DNA of 64,000 nt from an uncultured bacterium (GCA_963851445.1 CAWKPH010000001.1:159943-223942), one strand, 5' to 3'; counted from the first letter of the stretch, positions 38,430 through 47,484 are shown. Translations and numbers: made by a program. Notes: generated by a model from the sequence alone, not told the origin.

Positions 38430-38830
38430 GCTAATAGATATGGCATTCTTCACATCCCTAATCCTACCATGCAAGGCATTAGAATTAGAAAAGGTAGAGC
38501 AAAGGACAAGTTCGGAGCACTTTTAAATCGTCCTGTGATAACGGGCTCCGTCTCGTGTATGAGGTTAGGATCTGCTTTGTATGAAACAGCGTGGGGCCGG
38601 CACACGCTTGGTGTACCGGCCCCAGAGATGAGATGACCCCTAGGTCAAGTCCAGGACGCCGCGGCGTCCATGAAAATCAACTTCGGCTACAAAGCAGGCT
38701 GTGCACTAAGTCCTATTCCTATCGGACCCGGATTTTGACCTCGAAAAGTCTAATCCACCTGTTCTGCTCTCACCTCTAAGGAACCCGCTAAAGACAAGTG
38801 TATCAGATTCTTAAGCGTATGGTCAAATTT
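38430..38830 (-). other. Non-coding GC-hairpin-rich region (candidate structured RNA)
   Basis: Perfect or near-perfect hairpins GGGGCCGGCACAC-GCTTG-GTGTACCGGCCCC (38593-38623) and palindrome GGACGCCGCGGCGTCC. Long-range GGTCAA...TTGACC pairing. No convincing ORF. Confidence 0.25.
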
Positions 38831-38918
38831 TCTTCCCAATGTCGTCTCCGACATTCTGGGGGTATAAAAGAAGCCTTCGATCACTTGGACCAAAGACTTC
38901 AACAATTCTTACTGGGAG

Positions 38919-39176
38919 TTACCCCGCGACTACGCTAAGAAAACCTGTTTGTGTAGGCAGTGGCAGATCGCGCATAAAGCTTAAGGCTTTGGGCAATCTT
39001 TCGATTATGCCGCTGCTAACCCTCAAACTTACCGAGGTATTAATAATATTTCTCGCAACTTTCGTCGCCTCAATATCATCTTCAGCAGAAAAACCGTGAG
39101 TGGTTTCGTCCCAGAAAACATCATCACCCTTACCGGACAGATAAGGTGCTCGATACACCAAACGATAACGCCCCAT
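38919..39176 (-). CDS. Possible small hydrophilic protein
   Basis: 85-aa ORF from ATG (MGRYRLVYRAPYLSGKGDDVFWDETTHG...) with a G-rich stretch upstream. Weak evidence. Confidence 0.25.
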   Translation of the reverse strand: MGRYRLVYRAPYLSGKGDDVFWDETTHGFSAEDDIEATKVARNIINTSVSLRVSSGIIERLPKALSFMRDLPLPTQTGFLSVVAG

Positions 39177-39312
39177 ACTAAAGCCCCCCAATTTATTTAT
39201 GCTAGAGCCCTCTCCCTAGACACTTCTATTAACACGATAGTCTTATTTATCAAGTCGGTCAATGTTCAATAAATACAAACGCGTTCGTAGAGTACGTTGT
39301 AGAGAATTTGTT

Positions 39313-39843
39313 TTACGCAGTGCGGAGTGGAATACCAAGGTGGCGATAAAATGCTTCTGCTTCCTTTACAGTCTTTGCGGTGGTCACAAGTGTAATTGCG
39401 ATGCCGAAGACATCTTTAAGATCCTCTTCGCTCGCTTCAGGAAAAATTGTGTGCTCGCGGATGCCAAGCGTCATATTACCCATCTCATCAATAGCACCTA
39501 GCGAAAGGCCTCGGAAGTCACGTGTACGTGGGAGTGCGATGTGTACGAGCTTGTCGAGGAATTCATACATGCGGGTGCCGCGAAGTGTCACCTGGTAGCC
39601 TATGATGTCGCCTTCACGCATCTTGAATTGTGCAATCGATTGCTTTGAAGGACGTGGAGCAGCTTTTTGTCCGGTGATGCGCGCAAGTCGCTCTTCAACC
39701 ATCGCTTTGCGGTTCTTGTCTGCCTTCCCAACACCCGTTGATACCACGATCTTGAGGAGCTTTGGAGATTGCATGACATTGGTATAGCCAAACTCCTTTG
39801 AGAGAGTCTTGAATGCGTCGTTCTGTCGGTCTTTGGTAAGCAT
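39313..39843 (-). CDS. rplE: 50S ribosomal protein L5
   Basis: Conserved L5 motifs (…LGIREHTIFPE…), 176 aa. Confidence 0.9.
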   Translation of the reverse strand: MLTKDRQNDAFKTLSKEFGYTNVMQSPKLLKIVVSTGVGKADKNRKAMVEERLARITGQKAAPRPSKQSIAQFKMREGDIIGYQVTLRGTRMYEFLDKLVHIALPRTRDFRGLSLGAIDEMGNMTLGIREHTIFPEASEEDLKDVFGIAITLVTTAKTVKEAEAFYRHLGIPLRTA

Positions 39844-39851
39844 AAGAAAAA

Positions 39852-40163
39852 TTATGAGAGCACCTTAGCACCTTTCTTCGTGACACGCACGAGGGTACCG
39901 TCACGGTATTCGCGGCCGATGCGTGTTCCCTTTTTCGAATCAGCGTCGTAGTACATCACGTTCGATGCATCAATAGCGCGCGGTGCTTCGACGATTTGGC
40001 CGACTTTCCCATTAGTGCCTTTGACGTGACGCTTCTTCATGCCGATGCCATCAATGACAACTTTGTTTTCAGCAGGAATAACCTGGTAGATTGTACCGGT
40101 CTTTCCTTTGTCCTTGCCGGACACTACTATCACGTGGTCGCCTTTCTTGAGTTTCATTTTCAT
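39852..40163 (-). CDS. rplX: 50S ribosomal protein L24
   Basis: KOW motif KKGDHVIVVSGKDKGKTG. Confidence 0.9.
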   Translation of the reverse strand: MKMKLKKGDHVIVVSGKDKGKTGTIYQVIPAENKVVIDGIGMKKRHVKGTNGKVGQIVEAPRAIDASNVMYYDADSKKGTRIGREYRDGTLVRVTKKGAKVLS

Positions 40164-40181
40164 ACGTAAATAGTTAGGCGC

Positions 40182-40559
40182 TTACACTACTTCTGGCGCA
40201 AGGGACGCAATGCTTTGCCAGCCACGCTCGATGAGGTCACGTGGCACTGGACCGAAAACGCGATTGCCTTTCGGACCCATTTCCTTGCCCTGCTTCTCAA
40301 TAAGTACTACGGCATTGTCATCGAAGCGGATGTACGAACCATTGGCGCGACGGTACGCTTTTACCTGGCGTACAACGACTGCTTTGTATATCTCTTTCTT
40401 CTTTGCGGCCTTGCGTGGTTGTGCGCTCTGTATGGAGACGACCACTACATCGCCAAGTTCAGCATAGCGACGCTTGGAACCACCGAGTACTTTGAAAACA
40501 CGGGCCGTAAGAGCTCCGGTGTTGTCTGCGACTTTGACGATGGTTTGGTCCTGGATCAT
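40182..40559 (-). CDS. rplN: 50S ribosomal protein L14
   Basis: MIQDQTIVKVADNTGA... Confidence 0.9.
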   Translation of the reverse strand: MIQDQTIVKVADNTGALTARVFKVLGGSKRRYAELGDVVVVSIQSAQPRKAAKKKEIYKAVVVRQVKAYRRANGSYIRFDDNAVVLIEKQGKEMGPKGNRVFGPVPRDLIERGWQSIASLAPEVV

Positions 40560-40570
40560 ACAAGTGTTAA

Positions 40571-40831
40571 TTACTGAGCCTGTGCTACAAGCTTGAAACG
40601 CTTAAGCTTTGAAATCGGGCGGCACGCAACGATGGTGACGTTATCGCCAACTTTTGCGGTGTTATCAGGGTCATGCACCTGGTACTTCTTCGTGCGAACC
40701 TGATATTTCTTGTACTTCGGATGCTTTACGTAACGCGAAACTGCAACGGTTGCAGTGTCCTTCATTGCTGTCTTAACGACAACGCCACGGAAAGTCTGAG
40801 GTCGGACGGTGAGTGTAGTTTTTGGTTCCAT
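40571..40831 (-). CDS. rpsQ: 30S ribosomal protein S17
   Basis: ...FRGVVVKTAMKDTATVAV... Confidence 0.9.
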   Translation of the reverse strand: MEPKTTLTVRPQTFRGVVVKTAMKDTATVAVSRYVKHPKYKKYQVRTKKYQVHDPDNTAKVGDNVTIVACRPISKLKRFKLVAQAQ

Positions 40832-40840
40832 AAAAATAAT

Positions 40841-41098
40841 TTAAGCGCTCTTTGTCTTTGTTTCGGTTTTTGCTTCTTCCACAGGTAGCGCTGCTTCCAT
40901 CGCAGCTATGTTTCTGCGTGCATGAAGTTCCGTGAGTATACGTGCAACCTGGGCACGCGACTTGCGGGGAGCGGAGCTGTCCTTTGGACGAGCACCTGCT
41001 GCTGCAAAACGAAGAGTGCGAAGTTCACCGCGTTCTTTCGAAAGCATCTCAGTGAGTTCAGCTGGGTTCTTCCCTTGGAGTGTTTGTTTCTTAGCCAT
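40841..41098 (-). CDS. rpmC: 50S ribosomal protein L29 (with C-terminal extension)
   Basis: ...ELTEMLSKERGELRTLRF... Confidence 0.8.
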   Translation of the reverse strand: MAKKQTLQGKNPAELTEMLSKERGELRTLRFAAAGARPKDSSAPRKSRAQVARILTELHARRNIAAMEAALPVEEAKTETKTKSA

Positions 41099-41104
41099 AT
41101 ATGT

Positions 41105-41524
41105 TTAGCGAGTGACGATCGTAGACTTGAGCGGGAGTTTTGCACCTGCGCGGCGAAGTGCATCGCGCGCAATAGGCTCCGCAACGCCATCCAGCTCGAA
41201 CATGACGCGACCAGGGCGCACCTCAAATACGAAATGCTGCGGATCTCCCTTTCCCTTACCCATGCCTACTTCTGCAGGCTTCTTGGTAACGGGGCGATCA
41301 GGGAATATACGAATCCACATCTTGCCTCCCTTACCAGTTACACGTGTAAGGACTTTACGTGCAGCCTCAATTTGATTGCTGGTAACGCGCGAGGCGCTCG
41401 TTGCCTTAAGGCCATACGAACCGAAAGCAACGGTAATGCCACGCGTGTCAGGACGCGCAAGACGCTCTGGGCTCTTGCGGCTTGTCTGCCACTTTCGGTG
41501 TTTTACTTTTTTCGGGAATAGCAT
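41105..41524 (-). CDS. rplP: 50S ribosomal protein L16
   Basis: MLFPKKVKHRKWQ... Confidence 0.9.
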   Translation of the reverse strand: MLFPKKVKHRKWQTSRKSPERLARPDTRGITVAFGSYGLKATSASRVTSNQIEAARKVLTRVTGKGGKMWIRIFPDRPVTKKPAEVGMGKGKGDPQHFVFEVRPGRVMFELDGVAEPIARDALRRAGAKLPLKSTIVTR

Positions 41525-41538
41525 AAGCCTCTGTAAAA

Positions 41539-42303
41539 TTATCGTGCCGTGCCCGCGCGAGAAGGAGTACGTCCAGGAGCTCGCTCTTGTGACTGACCGC
41601 CTTGGCGCGTAGTAGCTGCGACCTGACCTGTTTGTGGCTTGGCTTCCGGAGCGAATTGATCACCTAGATATACCCACACCTTAATACCGATCTTTCCGTA
41701 CGGAAGAAGAGCTTCTTTGTGTGCGTAGTCGATATTTGCACGGAATGTCTGGAGCGGGATACGACCGCGCTTAATTTGCTCAGTACGCGACATATCAGCG
41801 CCACCAAGGCGTCCTGACATGACGATACGGACACCTATAACCTCACGCACTGCCATAACCTTTTCAACTGTCTGCTTCATGACGCGGCGAAATGGCATAC
41901 GCTTCTCAAGTCCTTCGACAACCATATAGGCGACGACTGCCGCATTTGTTTCAGGCTGACGAATTTCCATAATATCGAGTTTGATAGCACGACCATGAGA
42001 AGGGGCGATTTTGTGAATTGCACCCGTGAGTTCCTTGCGAAGTTTTGTCGCGTTCTCGCCTGAGCGTCCGATCACAAGACCAGGACGAGCGGTGTGAAGA
42101 ATAACGCGTACTTCGCTTTGCGTGCGTTCGATCTCTATTTCCGATACATGCATGCCCTTGAGACGCTTATCGAGGAATGCGCGAATAACTGAATCTACTT
42201 GAAGATTCTCGCGGTACTGTTTCTTATCAACCGCAAACCAGCGACTACGCCAGTCGCGTATGATGCCGAGTCGATGTGCGTATGGATGGACGGTGTGTGT
42301 CAT
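41539..42303 (-). CDS. rpsC: 30S ribosomal protein S3
   Basis: KH domain plus S3 C-terminal domain, basic tail. 254 aa. Confidence 0.9.
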   Translation of the reverse strand: MTHTVHPYAHRLGIIRDWRSRWFAVDKKQYRENLQVDSVIRAFLDKRLKGMHVSEIEIERTQSEVRVILHTARPGLVIGRSGENATKLRKELTGAIHKIAPSHGRAIKLDIMEIRQPETNAAVVAYMVVEGLEKRMPFRRVMKQTVEKVMAVREVIGVRIVMSGRLGGADMSRTEQIKRGRIPLQTFRANIDYAHKEALLPYGKIGIKVWVYLGDQFAPEAKPQTGQVAATTRQGGQSQERAPGRTPSRAGTAR

Positions 42304-42314
42304 GGTATGAAAAT

Positions 42315-42731
42315 TTATGCGGCGGACTTTGCTGTTTTACGAGGAGCTCGTGGCTTTGCAACCTTTGCCTTTGTAACCTCAGCAGCAGGTAGTGCAACTT
42401 TTGCTTTTTGATCTACAGAAAGGGTTACAAGTACACGGCTCTTACGACGGCGAATTGGCGCGCCTCTACCCATTGCGCGTGGCATCATACGCACGAGCAT
42501 GCCCGCGCTGTTAACCGTGATGTTCTCAATGCGAAGCGTTGTAGGATCCTCTCCCTGATTCTTTGCATTGGCTGCTGCCGACTCAATGAGCTTCACGATT
42601 GGGAGCGAGGCACGCTTCGGAAGAAATGAAAGCTGCGCGAGTGCTTCTGACACACGCTTTCCCTTTACCAGCTCCGTCACAAGGCGAACCTTGCGAGGTG
42701 ATTGGTTGTAACTGGTGAGTTCAGCTTTCAT
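42315..42731 (-). CDS. rplV: 50S ribosomal protein L22
   Basis: ...RKVRLVTELVKGKRVSEALAQL... Confidence 0.9.
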   Translation of the reverse strand: MKAELTSYNQSPRKVRLVTELVKGKRVSEALAQLSFLPKRASLPIVKLIESAAANAKNQGEDPTTLRIENITVNSAGMLVRMMPRAMGRGAPIRRRKSRVLVTLSVDQKAKVALPAAEVTKAKVAKPRAPRKTAKSAA

Positions 42732-42734
42732 GGA

Positions 42735-43079
42735 TTACTTCTTAGCCGCAGGTGTAGCTTTTGCCGCTTTTGCCGCAGTAATTTCAGCTTGCTGGCGCTT
42801 CTGCTCGAGGTCCTTCTGCATCTTTCCGCCGTGACGGACGAATTTCTTCGTAGGAGAGAATTCTCCCAAACGGTGACCGACCATATCTTCCGTTACTAGC
42901 ACCTCTACATGCTGCTTGCCGTTATGAACGCCAAAGGTGAACCCGACGAATTCAGGCGCTATTTGGCTACGGCGCGCCCACGTCTTAATAACCCCGGAGG
43001 AACCAGGGCGACCAGCGGCACCAACCTTCTTCATGAGCTTTAGGTCGATGAAAGGGCCTTTCTTGAGTGATCGGGACAT
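42735..43079 (-). CDS. rpsS: 30S ribosomal protein S19 (Lys/Ala-rich C-terminal tail)
   Basis: Start at internal Met [15 protein letters not shown]... The 21-aa upstream extension in the track ORF is not S19-like. Confidence 0.85.
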   Translation of the reverse strand: MSRSLKKGPFIDLKLMKKVGAAGRPGSSGVIKTWARRSQIAPEFVGFTFGVHNGKQHVEVLVTEDMVGHRLGEFSPTKKFVRHGGKMQKDLEQKRQQAEITAAKAAKATPAAKK

Positions 43080-43112
43080 GCGAATTAAAAACCCGCGGCG
43101 CGGGGATATACA

Positions 43113-43142
43113 AAATCTATAGGAAATCAGCTGTAGTGTCAA
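43113..43142 (-). promoter_or_regulatory. Candidate sigma70-type promoter for rpsS-rplV-rpsC...
   Basis: Minus strand: TTGACA (43137-43142), 18-nt spacer, TAGATT (43113-43118). Leader contains CCCGCG..CGCGGG hairpin plus U5 directly before the ATG. Confidence 0.4.
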
Positions 43143-43159
43143 ATTGAGGCCGTATATCC

Positions 43160-43993
43160 ATGTCGCGGGTGAGGTACAATGACTCTATGAAGCACACGGT
43201 ACGGGATCTCATCTTTGTCATCATTCTGCTCCTTCTTATGGTGGGTGGTTTAGTTTGGTACATTTTCTATAAGCCACACGCTGCCCTTCCTGTAACGGCC
43301 ACCTCTACAAGCCCTTTTTCGGCAGCTACCACGCCAAGCACCTCGCAAGGCCTCCCTCAGCACATCATCAATAACTCCCAGTATTACGCCATCGACATGC
43401 AATACCCTTCATCAACGCCTCTAGCACAAACGGCCGGAGCGAGTGCTGACGCGGCGGCGGTGGCAGTAATGCAGTCGTTCAGCCAGAATAGTGTCGACAC
43501 CTTCATCAAGGATGGCGATTTTGCCGATATGACTCCGCAAGTGCTTAAGGACATGGGTGGGCAGCAAGAAACGATGAGTGACTCGTATCAGTTGTATACC
43601 TCACCTACAACCATTTCCTACGTATTCACCGTTACCCAGGATACGGGAGGGGCACATCCTAACAGCTACTACCAAACCTTCACCTTTGACTCGAAGACGG
43701 GGCAACAGCTCATGCTCTCTGATCTCTTCATGCCTGGTAGCGACTATCTCTCTACCCTTAGCTCACTTTCACGGTCGGCACTCCTTTCGCAGGAGGGTGC
43801 CAATGCTCAATCTGAATTGATTGACCAAGGTACGCAGGCTAGCAGCACTAGTTTTGCAAACTTCGCTCTCGACGGTGCTAATTTTGATATTTTCTTTGCA
43901 CCTTACCAAGTAGCTTCCTATGCGCTTGGCCCGCAGACAGTACAAATCCCACTTACTCAGCTTACGAGCATTCTCAATACGGAGTATCAATAA
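43160..43993 (+). CDS. Membrane-anchored DUF4163/DUF3298 (RsiV/PdaC C-terminal-like) domain protein
   Basis: N-terminal TM ([21 protein letters not shown]). [19 protein letters not shown] matches the DUF3298 GGAHP signature. 277 aa. Opposite strand to the flanking ribosomal genes. Confidence 0.6.
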   Translation: MSRVRYNDSMKHTVRDLIFVIILLLLMVGGLVWYIFYKPHAALPVTATSTSPFSAATTPSTSQGLPQHIINNSQYYAIDMQYPSSTPLAQTAGASADAAAVAVMQSFSQNSVDTFIKDGDFADMTPQVLKDMGGQQETMSDSYQLYTSPTTISYVFTVTQDTGGAHPNSYYQTFTFDSKTGQQLMLSDLFMPGSDYLSTLSSLSRSALLSQEGANAQSELIDQGTQASSTSFANFALDGANFDIFFAPYQVASYALGPQTVQIPLTQLTSILNTEYQ

Positions 43994-44116
43994 GAAAGTG
44001 GAAGCGACTCGAATGAATAGGCGCCCCATCTATTAAACAGAGAGACTGTTGCACAGCCTCTGTAAGGAAGCCGAATATCTGGTACTCTAAGGTCAGGTTT
44101 CAGGAGGGTCTTTGTT

Positions 44117-44758
44117 ATGGGCATTGTTCAAATAGCGCTCGAAAAGGCGAGGCACGCAAGCAAGGAAAGGGTACGGGCTGAGGCGAACGAAAAAGCTGCC
44201 TGGGACGCACTGCGGGCTAGACTCAGGGCTGGCGGAACAACGGGGGATTATCTTTGGGACTTCCTTTTCGTTGGATATGGGCCACGCAGCTCCCAAGCCG
44301 AAGTCGATGAACACTACAAGCGCTACCTTGCAGTCAACGAAAGGCTAAAGGGACAGGCGGGCCAGCTGGTTCTCTACTTTCGTTACGAGAAACGCCTTGA
44401 GTCCTGCCACTTCACGCACAGCAGCTATAGAACTGACAACTGCTGGTATCTGGCTGTGCTCAGTGGTGAGCAGCTCATTTGTCGGCTTCAGCCAGATATG
44501 AAGATGGGCTGCTATCTTCCCGTGAAGTGTTACTGCAACCAGCTGCATCAGCCCATCATCACCAAAGGACGCCTTCGCGAAATACCGATCAGAGGTTGGT
44601 TCGATGAATCATCCCTTGTTATAGGGGACGAGGCAGTTATCGCAAGGCTCAAGCAAGACGGCCTCTGGGATATTACGCGGGGGCCGGGTTTTAGGGCCTT
44701 CCTCGATGAGTTGGGACATTTCGACTTGACTCCCGAGCCAGAAGAAGAGACGGCGTAG
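44117..44758 (+). CDS. Orphan cytoplasmic hypothetical protein (locally higher GC)
   Basis: 213 aa. GGAGGG RBS 8 nt upstream. Cys-rich middle (CHFTHSSYRTDNCWY...CYLPVKCYCNQLHQ). About 55% GC, above the neighbours. Confidence 0.5.
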   Translation: MGIVQIALEKARHASKERVRAEANEKAAWDALRARLRAGGTTGDYLWDFLFVGYGPRSSQAEVDEHYKRYLAVNERLKGQAGQLVLYFRYEKRLESCHFTHSSYRTDNCWYLAVLSGEQLICRLQPDMKMGCYLPVKCYCNQLHQPIITKGRLREIPIRGWFDESSLVIGDEAVIARLKQDGLWDITRGPGFRAFLDELGHFDLTPEPEEETA

Positions 44759-44936
44759 GACGTGCGTCCAAGGGTGCTTTGCAAATGCGAGGCACTCTTT
44801 TTCTTTTCTCCCTGTTCTCGATATTCAACGTTCTGCTTCCAAGTAGGCTAATGAAGGACACGCAAAAGTCCCAAGCTCCAGGACCTTATTACGTACTCAA
44901 CATCATAGAGGTAGGAACGAATGCTAGAATCTCTAC

Positions 44937-45314
44937 ATGGATTCATCATTGAACTCCCGCAAAACGCACCCCATATTAAAACCAATAGCCCTTGTTTGTT
45001 TATCTCTCCATGGCTTGGTACTTGTTGGAGTAGTAGTACTCTGTTTGTTTAATATAGTACTGATATTACTTGCAGCATTTTTCACAGTGGGATTGGCACT
45101 TCTCATAATACTGGGGATCATATTTGTTATTGGCTACAGCTTCGTCATAAGTTTAAAGTATTATAAGCGCTCGAATTTCTCTAAATCGATCCTTGTGTCG
45201 GTATTAGTAATATTTGCAGTCGCTGAAGCTGGGTTCTATACCATTAGACAAATAGGTCTGCCGTCTCTAGAGCAACTTATACCCGGGCCGGGCAGTTGGA
45301 TGAAAGTTGGGTGA
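44937..45314 (+). CDS. Small polytopic membrane protein
   Basis: 125 aa with three or four predicted TM helices. AT-rich. Confidence 0.5.
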   Translation: MDSSLNSRKTHPILKPIALVCLSLHGLVLVGVVVLCLFNIVLILLAAFFTVGLALLIILGIIFVIGYSFVISLKYYKRSNFSKSILVSVLVIFAVAEAGFYTIRQIGLPSLEQLIPGPGSWMKVG

Positions 45315-45383
45315 GATAGTTTTTGAAACAGATTTCACTGGACGAAGCGCGGCGATGCGCACACTGCAAGCTTAACGAGAGGT

Positions 45384-45416
45384 CCTGCTCAAGAGCAGGT
45401 ACCATTACTATTTTTA
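45384..45416 (+). terminator. Hairpin plus T-tract terminator closing the inserted plus-strand gene block
   Basis: CCTGCTC-AAGA-GCAGG followed by TACCATTACTATTTTT. Confidence 0.4.
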
Positions 45417-45426
45417 TTATAGGCTC

Positions 45427-46269
45427 TTAGCGCTTCTTCCCCACCTTACGTCTCGAAACGATGAAAACATTTGAATACTTCTTTGGAGTACGAGTCTTCT
45501 GCCCTTTACCCGTTGGCTTGCCCCACATGCTCTTGGCGCGACGAAGTCCTCTTCCCTGGCGTCCTTCACCACCACCGTGTGGATGGTCGACAGGATTCAT
45601 CGCCGTACCACGAACGGTAGGACGAATACCTTTCCAACGTGAGCGACCTGCCTTGCCGTAATTAACAAGACGCTGCTCTTCGTTACTCACCGTGCCTACT
45701 GATGCGTAGCAAAGATCAGAGACGCGACGTACTTCGCTTGAAGGAAGCTTTATCTGTGCATAGCCAGCGTCGTGAGCGACAACTTCTGCATAGTTACCTG
45801 CTGAGCGAGCGAGGCGAGCACCTGCGCCAAGCTTAAGCTCAATATTGTAGACAAAGGTGCCTGAAGGAATTTTACCGAGCGGCATGCGATTCCCAGGACG
45901 TACCGGTACATTCTCGCCAACGAGGAAGGTGTCGCCTACTTTCATTTCCTTAGTTGCAAGAACGTAGCGGCGTTCGCCATCGGCGTATACAACGCGTGCA
46001 ATGAATCCTGTGCGAAATGGATCGTATTCAATTGTTTCAACGCGTGCGGGAATATCGCGCTTGTTGTATGAGAAATCGACATCGCGTAGACGCTTCTTAT
46101 GACCACCACCCTGATGACGAGTTGTGATGCGACCTGCGTTGTTACGACCTGCGCGCGCCTTCTTCGAAAGCATAAGCTGCTTCATCGGCTTGTCGCCTGA
46201 AAGCACACCGCGATAGGTCACGGTGGTCATGCTACGACGGCTCTTGGAAGTTGGTTTGTAGGATTTCAT
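45427..46269 (-). CDS. rplB: 50S ribosomal protein L2
   Basis: ...DHPHGGGEGR... motif, 280 aa. Confidence 0.9.
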   Translation of the reverse strand: MKSYKPTSKSRRSMTTVTYRGVLSGDKPMKQLMLSKKARAGRNNAGRITTRHQGGGHKKRLRDVDFSYNKRDIPARVETIEYDPFRTGFIARVVYADGERRYVLATKEMKVGDTFLVGENVPVRPGNRMPLGKIPSGTFVYNIELKLGAGARLARSAGNYAEVVAHDAGYAQIKLPSSEVRRVSDLCYASVGTVSNEEQRLVNYGKAGRSRWKGIRPTVRGTAMNPVDHPHGGGEGRQGRGLRRAKSMWGKPTGKGQKTRTPKKYSNVFIVSRRKVGKKR

Positions 46270-46274
46270 AAATA

Positions 46275-46646
46275 TTAAAATTGGATCGTATCACCCTTTT
46301 GTAGGTATACGTATGCCTTATGGCGCGCAGCGCGCGTACCCTGACCGTTACGAGTGCGTAGTGCTTTCTTCTTTGCAGGAAGATTCACCATGCGGACCTG
46401 ACGAGGAGCCACATTGTAGATAACGTGTATCGCCTCTGCGACCTGCTGCTTAGTCGCGCTCGCAGGGACCTTAAATACGTAGATGCCTTTCTCCGTACCA
46501 ATGAGTGCCTTTTCAGAAAGCCACGGCGCCTGGAGAACGGTGTGATGACGTCCGTCCGCGTGCGCGACCGCTGTCTTTGATGGTCCAGCCTTCTTTGCGC
46601 CTGTGGCTTTAGAAGAAGTATTCGTGTTTCGAGAAAAGATATTCAT
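46275..46646 (-). CDS. rplW: 50S ribosomal protein L23 (N-terminal extension)
   Basis: ...VLQAPWLSEKALIGTEKGIYVFKV... Confidence 0.85.
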   Translation of the reverse strand: MNIFSRNTNTSSKATGAKKAGPSKTAVAHADGRHHTVLQAPWLSEKALIGTEKGIYVFKVPASATKQQVAEAIHVIYNVAPRQVRMVNLPAKKKALRTRNGQGTRAARHKAYVYLQKGDTIQF

Positions 46647-46656
46647 ACGATTTTTA

Positions 46657-47484
46657 TTATGCAGCTACCTTCTCGCCTTTCTTCGAAAGTCGTGCCTTTA
46701 GTACCTCGAATGCTCCTGCAGGATTCTCGATAATGAGAAATCGCTTATCAAGGAGGTCAACTGTATTGAGGTTACGCACTTCTTCGGAGATGACGCTCCC
46801 GATGTTGCGGAAACTCTTTTCAGCAACGCTGTCCTTCGTGGTGAATGCGATGACTGCGGCGTTCACACGCTTCGTTGCGAGCGTTTCTGATCCTGAGGAC
46901 TTTGCGATTGCTACCAAAATTGCTTTTGCGTCACGCGTCTTTGGAGCCGCAAATGAAAACTTATCGATAAAAATAATCTCACCATCTTTCGCTTTCTTCG
47001 AAAGCACTGAAAGAAGTGCTGCAACACGCATCTTGCGATTTATTTTCACCGTGTAGTCTCGCTCTGCACGTGGACCATGTGTCACACCGCCCGTGCGCCA
47101 TATTGGTGAACGAGTCGAACCATGACGCGCGCGTCCGGTTCCCTTCTGCTTCCACGGCTTCTTGCCTCCTCCACTAACCTCACCGCGAAACTTTGTGTGT
47201 GCGACTGTTGGACGAGCGTTTGCCCGCATGCCTACATATACCTGATGCACAAGGTCTGCATTCCATGGAACGTTAAAGAGTTCTGGTGGAAGTGCGATAG
47301 TTCCGGTTTCCTTTCCGGCTACGCTCCAAACTTTCGCTTCAGCTACTCCTGTGGCAGGGGTAGCTTTCACTTTCTTTTCGACAGGAGTTTTAGCTACCGT
47401 CTTTTTAACGGCTGCCTTCTTTGCGACTGATTTTTTTGGTGCGTTTGCCATGGTATTAAAATTACTTCGCAACGATCTCGACAA
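46657..47484 (-). CDS. rplD: 50S ribosomal protein L4 (Lys/Ala-rich N-terminal extension; alternative start at Met12 = 47451)
   Basis: ...GGGKKPWKQKGTGRARHGS... Starting at Met12 would remove the 23-nt overlap with rplC. Confidence 0.85.
   Translation of the reverse strand: MSRSLRSNFNTMANAPKKSVAKKAAVKKTVAKTPVEKKVKATPATGVAEAKVWSVAGKETGTIALPPELFNVPWNADLVHQVYVGMRANARPTVAHTKFRGEVSGGGKKPWKQKGTGRARHGSTRSPIWRTGGVTHGPRAERDYTVKINRKMRVAALLSVLSKKAKDGEIIFIDKFSFAAPKTRDAKAILVAIAKSSGSETLATKRVNAAVIAFTTKDSVAEKSFRNIGSVISEEVRNLNTVDLLDKRFLIIENPAGAFEVLKARLSKKGEKVAA

Noticed and set aside
38430-39250. RNase P RNA in the non-coding stretch (minus-strand AAAUCCGGGUCCGAUAGG resembles the P4 GGAAAGUCCGGGCUCCAUAGG motif; GGUAAGGGUGAUGA resembles P10-P12)
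   Set aside because: The two motif-like segments occur in the wrong 5'-to-3' order for RNase P RNA. Neither the ACAGAAxCCGGCUUA motif nor a P1/P2 closure is present.
43080-43142. Longer rpsS start at 43142 ([21 protein letters not shown]...)
   Set aside because: The extension is not S19-like and would place the near-consensus promoter inside the coding sequence. The internal Met gives the canonical [11 protein letters not shown]-terminus.
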